A DNA stretch of 64,000 nt from Chrysomallon squamiferum (lineage: Eukaryota > Animalia > Mollusca). This document shows positions 56,987 to 64,000 of this stretch, in pieces (position 1 is the stretch's first letter; every line of letters starts with the position of its first letter). Location: NCBI GenBank assembly GCA_012295275.1, contig CM022670.1:3348001-3412000 (forward strand). Direction: 5' to 3'. A program made the translations under genes and the position numbers. The notes beneath the pieces are model-generated. The model had not been told where the DNA came from, made no database searches, and saw only the letters and a program-made list of their open reading frames with translations.

Positions 56987-57146
56987 CATATTATTATTAT
57001 TATTATTATTATTATTACTACACTTAATATTTTGAAATTATAATGGTATTAATGTTGAAGTTTATAATGACACTGATGCTGATGTTGATGTTGTAGGATC
57101 AGGCCGTTACATGGACATCCACAAATATCACGACACAGACTGCTGA
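38213..57146 (+). CDS. Anoctamin / TMEM16 family Ca2+-activated chloride channel or lipid scramblase, about 1042 aa, 21 coding exons
   Basis: join(38213..38689,39364..39436,39918..40018,40788..40971,45658..46012,46423..46482,46761..46855,47102..47223,47687..47776,48293..48448,48989..49025,49534..49643,50222..50367,50999..51203,51754..51883,52267..52400,52907..52987,53543..53628,54614..54925,56667..56791,57097..57146) = 3129 nt in one frame. Family motifs: RIDFVL, YVKLHCPF, QPLWKVRNYFGEKIAFYFAW, FLEVWKRK...LAYEWD, LTDWENHRT, KLFAFQFVNSY...FYIAFF, EYTE, LFAASFPLAP, AQDIGMW, SNAFLIAFTS, FEH, IPDVP. The last three exons and the start codon are less certain; the frame stays open back to the acceptor at 38190. 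Subfamily not assigned. Confidence 0.93.
40202..40328. repeat. ~58-bp tandem duplication in an anoctamin intron
   Basis: AAATATATCTAGAATGTATATAAAATTTTATATCAGATAAAATGTCATATTTAATAAAA occurs twice, followed by a partial third copy. Confidence 0.85.
42141..43336. mobile_element. Putative non-autonomous hAT-like DNA transposon (about 1.2 kb) in anoctamin intron 4
   Basis: Termini CAGTGGTCTCCCCAG and ATGGCGAGACCCCTG (reverse complement CAGGGGTCTCGCCAT, 12/15 match) bound a comparatively GC/CpG-rich block within extremely AT-rich intron. An 8-bp TSD is not preserved and there is no transposase ORF. Confidence 0.55.
42443..42764. mobile_element. pogo/Tigger-type (Tc1/mariner superfamily) MITE, 322 bp
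   Basis: TIR CAGGTACCGGACCAATTATCCGG(A/C)CTCCT has 23 perfect bp and 28/29 overall. TA flanks both ends, the left within a (TA)n tract. Subterminal repeats TTCCGGATTT and TTCCGGTTTTCTGGT occur near both ends. No ORF. Confidence 0.92.
44466..44555. repeat. Near-perfect inverted repeat (43-bp arms, 4-nt loop)
   Basis: TTTACTGCTGTTTTTTATTTTTCTTATTTAATGTTAAACCTTT-TTTG-AAAGGTTTAACATTAAACAAGACAAATAAAAAACAGCAGTAAA, 41/43 paired. Confidence 0.92.
48050..48296 (+). repeat. 94-bp tandem triplication overlapping an anoctamin 3' splice site
   Basis: CTCAAAGCACA(C/T)TTTTTAT at about 48080, 48174 and 48268. The third copy supplies the CAG acceptor at 48292. Confidence 0.8.
51377..51636. repeat. Three tandem ~90-105 bp units with embedded (AC)n in an anoctamin intron
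   Basis: ACAATTATTTTGTATCTGAGCATGTGAAAATAAGAAACAAAGAACAAATTAAGAACAGAA repeated three times. Confidence 0.85.
51869..52069 (+). repeat. 100-bp tandem duplication spanning an anoctamin exon end and 5' splice site
   Basis: TAGCTCAGGATATT(G/A)GTAAATTGTATTTCTTTT...TTGCTGTTATTGGTATTTT at 51869 and 51969. Confidence 0.9.
55410..55497. repeat. Back-to-back (AAT)n(ATT)n self-complementary microsatellite
   Basis: The AAT run switches directly to an ATT run at about 55458. Confidence 0.85.
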
Positions 57147-57263
57147 GTTTTTAAAGTGTATATGCTTTACTCAACACTTGTGGTACTTACATAATTCTTT
57201 TGTTTTAACCCTTTCACTGCTGTGTGCTTTTGACAAAAATGACACAAACTGATTAGATACATT

Positions 57264-57350
<87 letters not shown>

Positions 57351-60300
57351 TCTACTAATTTTTTCTGCATTTTTCATGTTTGTTATTTTATTTCTATGGT
57401 TTATTGTTAGAAAAGGGTTTTTTTTTTTTTTTTTGATTTCCGGCAGCTTTGCTTATTTTATACATGAAATCAAATTAGCACTGACAATTATCTGCATGCT
57501 TTAATTGTTGCTTATACACAATCTATTTAATTAGCTTTCATGTGAGGTTAATAAAAACCAATTTTACTTATCAGTAAGATATTTGTTTTGGTTGCAGTTA
57601 CCTAAGGTTTTGTATTGTAAAAATAATTATAATTAATTAAAATATTTATATTTTGCAGTTTTTTGCCTGTGTTTGTATATATATATTTGTGCATATCTGT
57701 TTGTCAGTCTGTGTGTATGACAGTGGGTGCATTATTTATTTATGTTACGTCTCTGTGTCCATTTTGTGTGTATGTATGTGAATTTACATTCTGTAATTCC
57801 ATTGATAAAATAATTTAAATATTATAAATCATCATTTCATTTTCAGTTGGCAATGCTAACAAATAAACTAAATTCCATTAAAAATTAATAATTATTTCCA
57901 CAACTCTAGACCAAGTTAACAAATTCTTTTTTATTTCAGGAGATCAGAAAATTATCAAAGACAAATCTTTGAGAAAAGTCAACCTGATTCTACAGTTCCC
58001 CCACCTTTTAATTATATTACAGCCAAACATCTGTCTCATTAATGATAAAATTAAAAGAAAAAAGCAACATAGAAAAAAAAAAAATAATAATAAATTAAGA
58101 AAAAAAAAATAAGAAAAAAGAACTGAAAAGAGAAAGAAAAAAAAGGAAAAAAGAATTAAGAAAGAAAACACCAACAAAGAAAAAAAAAAACCTGAAAGAA
58201 AATAAAACAAGAATAAAGAACAAAGAAATAAAGAATAAAAATTAATAACATTAAAAAAAAAAGAAGAATTATCCACAGTAGACTTTTAATTTCAAGATAA
58301 ACTCATTAATTATATTACTTCCATTTATAACAGACAATATTCTGACAGTTGATATTTTATCAACGTCTTTTTAAAAAAATTGTAAACTGATAACTATTTT
58401 TAATAATTATTGTGTACTTGACTGAAACATATAAGACATTTTATCACAGATTTTATGACATAATGAGGTAAAATTGTGTACAAAAATGTTTGACCAAACT
58501 GACAGTTATTGACTCTTTGTCCTTTTTATTAATGTTGAAGAAAGAAAAGTAAGCTTTATCCATTTTTTTATTTTTTTATTTTTTTATTTTGCCTTTTAAT
58601 TTAAAAACAAAGAAATATATATTACTTGTTTGTGTAGTAAGAAAATAGAGTTTTATAAATATATTTTCTAAAAACCATTAAATGTATCACTATTTTTTTA
58701 AATCATGAATGTTAATTATAATGCATGAAATTGGTGTCTTAAAATCACAATAATTATGATTTTTAAAGCTATTTATTTATTTATTTAACCTACCACAGCA
58801 TAATACATTTTAACATGATAGCATCATGTCATATAAATTGTGTATCAAATGTTTTGGTATGCTATATTCTGTGTAATAAAAAGGATTTAAATTGCGATCA
58901 CTGAAACATATTTTTATAGTTAAGAATTTGTTTATTTTAACCATAATTTTGTAAATAGAAAAATACAAGATATTTCCTTTTTTTTTAAATTAATTTATTT
59001 ACATTTTGCACTGAAAACATGAATAATAAATTTAATACATACTCAGTAGCTTGAGGTATATGATTATAAGTAATTAATTTAGCATCATGTGCCGTCTTAT
59101 CTTAGTTAAAGTTCTTTAACATTTAAGTATGAAAGTAATGTTTTAAAAACTTTTTCCTTCTTAAAACATTTTTAATGCATATTTGAAATAGTGCCTTTTT
59201 TCTGAATCAGGAATTTTCTTTTTATTTATAAAATGGAAATATCTATCAGGTTATTTAAATTGAAATAGTTATTGGACCTGACAATATATTATTATATTAT
59301 ACAATAAATTAACAATAAAGTTTAATTTTTGTTATTTATTATTATTAAAATATTTTAGATTATCATTTTTTTTTTGTTACTATTTATTTACTGAAATGTT
59401 TAGATTAAGAAGTAAAACAAATTTGTTTAAAAACATGTGAAAAAATTTACATTTATTATTAAAGATGTTTATTACAATATTATATTTTTAAATTTCAATT
59501 TTATTTATTTATAATTAATTTATTAATATATTATTATTATTATTATAAAGTAGAATTTTGTTATTCTGACTCGACAACCTTTCTTTCTGTATCAAATATT
59601 CAAATCCAAAACTTTAATTTTTATCATTTTAAGTAAAGTGCCTCTTATTCCATACTATTTATATCATTGTTGATTTTTTTTTTCATCTTCTTCTGTTGAT
59701 TTGTTGTTGTTTTTTTTTCATTACATTTTAGTTATTGTTTTTATTTATAATTATACCAACAATTTTTGCTCAACTGAAATACCTCAATTTTACTCCTTAT
59801 TTTTATTTTGATATTTTTATAATTTATTGTGCCTTACTAATTGTTTATATTCCAATGTAATTTTCAGAATTATAAATGAAACTAAAAATTCTTTCAGGTT
59901 ATATGTAACATATTAATTTATTCTGGTTTATTGATTTATTTATTGTGATTGCGATTTTTTTTTTAATAATATTTATGACTTGTAATTTAAACATGAATAG
60001 TTAAAAATATTCATTTTATTTATTTTAATGTGTGTATATATATATATATATATTTAACGAGTTGTGCTGTAAGTAAAACTACAAAATAAAATACAAAATT
60101 ATTTTAAAAATGATCAATTAATAAAAAATAGAAGAAAAACAGAAAAAAGAAAATTGTTATAGAAAATTCACAGACAAAAGAACAGCGCAATATATATATA
60201 TCAATTTATTTACATTAAACAATATTTTCAAACTGTTTGCACTTAATACGTACATAAAAGTTATTTTCCTCAGTTTATAATTTAAAAAAAACAACCTAAT

Positions 60301-60802
60301 AATAATAATAAAAAGCCATCACCCTTGTCTCATCTTTGCTAGAAGTATGTTTCTATATACAACCTGATTGTCATTTTCAGTTTATACATGTCAGTTTTTA
60401 AATTTGAATACCAAGTTGACCACACAGCATGTTAACTGTGATAAATAATTGTATTTATAATAATTAATATTTTGTTTGTATAGTTTTGTTAAACTCTTTG
60501 GATCTGGATTAAGAGACATTGTCATTTTGTATTAATGTTTGTGAATGGTTTTAGTATTTTGTATGTTTTTACATGGTGGCATACTTTGTTGTATTTATTT
60601 TTGTGTATTACTTCAATCTGTTAATTAAGTTCAAGATTAGAATATTATTGATAACAATAAAAATGACAAATTCATACCTGAAATATCTATATCTATATCA
60701 ATCTTTATTTTCTGAGCCATTGAAATGGCGATATTTTACAGTTCTCAGATTGTTTTGCATACACAAACTTTATTTCATAAACCAAATTATAAAAAATAAT
60801 AA

Positions 60803-60841
<39 letters not shown>

Positions 60842-60932
60842 TCATGAAAGCTATCTATATAAACTGTATACAAAATACAAAATAATGGAATTTGTGTTTA
60901 GGTTTAGATAATTTTCTCTTCTTATGTCCTTG

Positions 60933-61008
60933 TATTCCAAAATCAGAAAAATCCTGAAATCAGAAGCAATTCCAGTCCCAAGAATTTTAGAAAAAGCATC
61001 CATATTGT
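60933..61008 (+). mobile_element. Relic terminus of a Tigger/MER2-like DNA transposon
   Basis: TATTCCAAAATCAGAAAAATCCTGAAATCAGAAGCAATTCCAGTCCCAAGAATTTTAGAAAAAG resembles, from memory, the MER2/Tigger end (TATTCCAAAATCCGAAAAAATCCGAAATCCGAAACACTTCTGGTCCCAAGCATTTCGGATAAG). It also resembles the reverse complement of the left end of the 42443 MITE. The other end was not found. Confidence 0.45.
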
Positions 61009-61710
61009 TGTTGTTGCTGATTTTAACATGTTGATGTTAAGTTTGTTATTTTAAACTGCTGCATATGTATTTATTTCATAATTTAATAATTTGTTTCACA
61101 AATTTTTTTTACCACAGTTCATGACGAAGAACAATCATTTATATTGAACTCTGTAGCAAGTCTTCTTTACATATATAGTGTACAGATTATCAAGAAAGTC
61201 ATTATAATGTTGTACTTAAAGCTGTGATATTTTTGTTCATTTCAGTTGTTTGCTCATTTTAGTTGATTTATATTCATTCAGTGTTATCACATACACACAT
61301 ACATACATATAGATATGCACATATACACATATGTAAAATTTATTTGTAAATGAAATATCTTATTTACCTGTAATATTCTGAATTACGTGTAATGATAGTT
61401 ATATAGAGTACCTGAGTACCTAAAACTTATATTTTGAACATTTATATTTTAATTTCTATATAATTTATACCTAACTACTTGTATATTAAATTTTTCTTTA
61501 ATACATTTAATATCATAGAATTATTTATTCAGTATTTGTGATTTTATTTTGTTAGCTATAATTTTATTACTATAAAGTCAACCTTTTGTTTCCGTCCGTA
61601 ATCTCTTCTTATTGTAAGTATTATTTTTATTTTTAGAGATTTATTTTTTATCAATATATTCAGTAAATAATCAGATTCGTAACTTTTACAGAAAAAAAAT
61701 AAGTTGGATA

Positions 61711-61744
<34 letters not shown>

Positions 61745-62423
61745 ACATATATATAAACTTTACTTTTAAATCTATAAATTTAAAATTTTAAAATTTAATA
61801 AACATCAAAGAAATAATTTAAAAAATTAATAAAGAAGTAAATAAAAAAGAAATATACCTGAATTTAGAAAATATGTAAATTAATAATAAAAAAAAAAAAA
61901 AAAGAAACAAAAAAATAAAATAATATAAAGAAATAAATATTTTCTGTATTTTTATCAAACAATCTTGCAGAAAGAATGAATCACTATTGACTAAAATAAA
62001 TATTAAATATATGTCTGAATATATTTGTTTAAATTTATTATTTTCTGTAATTTACAAGTAAAAACAGCAGTTTTCATACTCTGAAATTATCTTTAGTTTT
62101 ATTATTATAATTTTTCTTCTTCTTCTTCTTCTTATTATTATTTAGTGGTGTTTATTTTCTCTATTTGTCCATTTTAAATTACAGAGTATAATTCACTGAA
62201 TTATACTTCTTTCTTGCAGATTTTATGCTTCTAAATCTGATTGTTTACTCATCATATATATATTAAATGCTTACAAATTTAAGTAGATTTATTTAAAATT
62301 TATTTATTAACATATTTTATTTCTATGTTTGATTATTTATTTATTTATGTAAGTTGTGTCAATGATTCGCTTTAAAATTGTAATAATATAAATGGTGATA
62401 CAGCAAACATATTGCACTTTTTA

Positions 62424-62466
<43 letters not shown>

Positions 62467-63119
62467 TTTTTTTTTTATTTTTTATGTTTTATTTTGTTTT
62501 TAAAGATGCATGTAATTTATTTTTATTGTTCTTATATATTATTAAAATAGCCTGTTTCGACTTCATCTGAGTTTTTATTTATTGTCTTGAAAAAAGCAAT
62601 TGATTCTTATTCAGATATATTATATGAGTTTTAATGAGATACTATGTCCCTGAGTATTTAGAGTGAAATCCTGAAGCTTGATGCTTCACAGGATTGATCA
62701 TGTTTGGCCCACACATCAGGCATTTTAACATTAAAGTATCAATGTGATGACGTAAGTACGTAAACAATGGTACCTTGCTGTTAGCTGATGAATTTTATTT
62801 AAAATAAAATGTACAATCTTTTTTTATACTTTTTTGAACAAAATTATATTAATAAATGACATTCTTAAAATGCATACAAGATTTAAAAAACAACAAAAAA
62901 CAAAACAAAACGACACCAAACAAACAAACTCCATTATTTAGTTTAATGGGATATTTCATGGTATTAAATTATTTACATAATATATATTGATAGTATTTTT
63001 CTGTACATCATTTACCACAATCTGAGTTCAATAAGCAGATTAATGTATTATAGGATTAACAAAAACAAATATATCTGTGTCTTGAGTAATAGTTTTGGTG
63101 TGCACTTGTTAAGAATATA

Positions 63120-64000
63120 CAGGGTAGAATACTTATACAGATACAGACACAAAAACAGAAACACATAAGAGACACAGTAACGTACAAACAAACATTCATA
63201 AATAGTTACATTCGCAAAAAAGGCATAACGTAAATAAAAGATACGTACATAGATGCATTCATCCATCCATAACACATACATACATACATATATATATACA
63301 TACAAACATACGAACATACATATATACACATCCATATATAATATAAATACAGAAACAGAGGAAGCAACAAATCTACTGCACTGTCGGCTTGCATATATAT
63401 ACAAAATAAAAATATTCATTACTATAAATGAGCCTACTTTTTGTATACCTAGAGAAAAAGGAAAATCGTCGGTCATGAGGAAAAAAACCCATAATGAAAT
63501 ATTAAACTATATTTCAGATTGTTTCCTCTTTCGGTGAAATAAACATATTGGCTTATTCATAGAGGGACACATTCATTTTGTTGAGCAATTAACTCCCATT
63601 TTTGTTTGATCGTAACAAATGTAATTTATAGAATGTACATGGTTTATTTTAATCAGGGGTATTTGAAATAAAAGATTAAAAAATATATATATTTCATTCT
63701 GAAAGATATAATTTATATAAGGTATATCATATTCGAAAATTTGAAATTGTCTCGTAATCGGTACATGTAACAGCGGTGACAAGACTATCATAGATAAAGA
63801 AGGTATACAGACTGATAGAGAGACAGGAAAGACAGAGAGCATAGATAGAGAATGGAAAAGAAGAAGCAGAAAACAGAGAAAGAGGAGATACATTTATATG
63901 TCGATCCATCCATCATCATAAAGCTATATTTGCATCTGTTTATGTAACAGAATTTAATTAATAAATTAAAAAATTAATACGAATTTATCTAGGACTGCCT
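63120..64000 (+). repeat. Diverged direct duplication, copy B of 27240-28442; continues off the window edge
   Basis: Same blocks in the same order as copy A. The final 30 nt of the window match about 28415-28442. Confidence 0.9.

Overview
This is AT-rich, microsatellite-laden animal genomic DNA with short spliceosomal GT-AG introns. It is not prokaryotic, and most ORFs in the supplied track are microsatellite artefacts. An invertebrate, possibly a mollusc or other lophotrochozoan, is my guess from style only. I reconstructed four + strand genes exon by exon with consistent splice phases. (1) The 3' 16 coding exons of cytoplasmic leucyl-tRNA synthetase (404-10850). (2) A single-repeat beta-thymosin (18829-21351) with a TATA-like/Inr promoter. 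(3) An unrecognised secreted, very acidic tandem-repeat protein (30645-34493, 966 aa). Its signal peptide is split over two small upstream exons missed by the ORF track, and it is built from 7-aa and 13-aa repeats with a 312-bp higher-order repeat. (4) A 21-exon anoctamin/TMEM16 (38213-57146, about 1042 aa) with very short extracellular loops and a remodelled TM6/TM8 Ca2+ site. Other features: a pogo/Tigger-type MITE apparently nested in a hAT-like element, a 37-bp minisatellite, a 43-bp-arm hairpin, splice-site duplications, and sharp CpG-rich versus CpG-poor domains. A ~1 kb diverged copy of the region upstream of the acidic-protein gene runs off the right end, hinting at a paralog just beyond the window. 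All coordinates and translations were done by eye; no searches were run.
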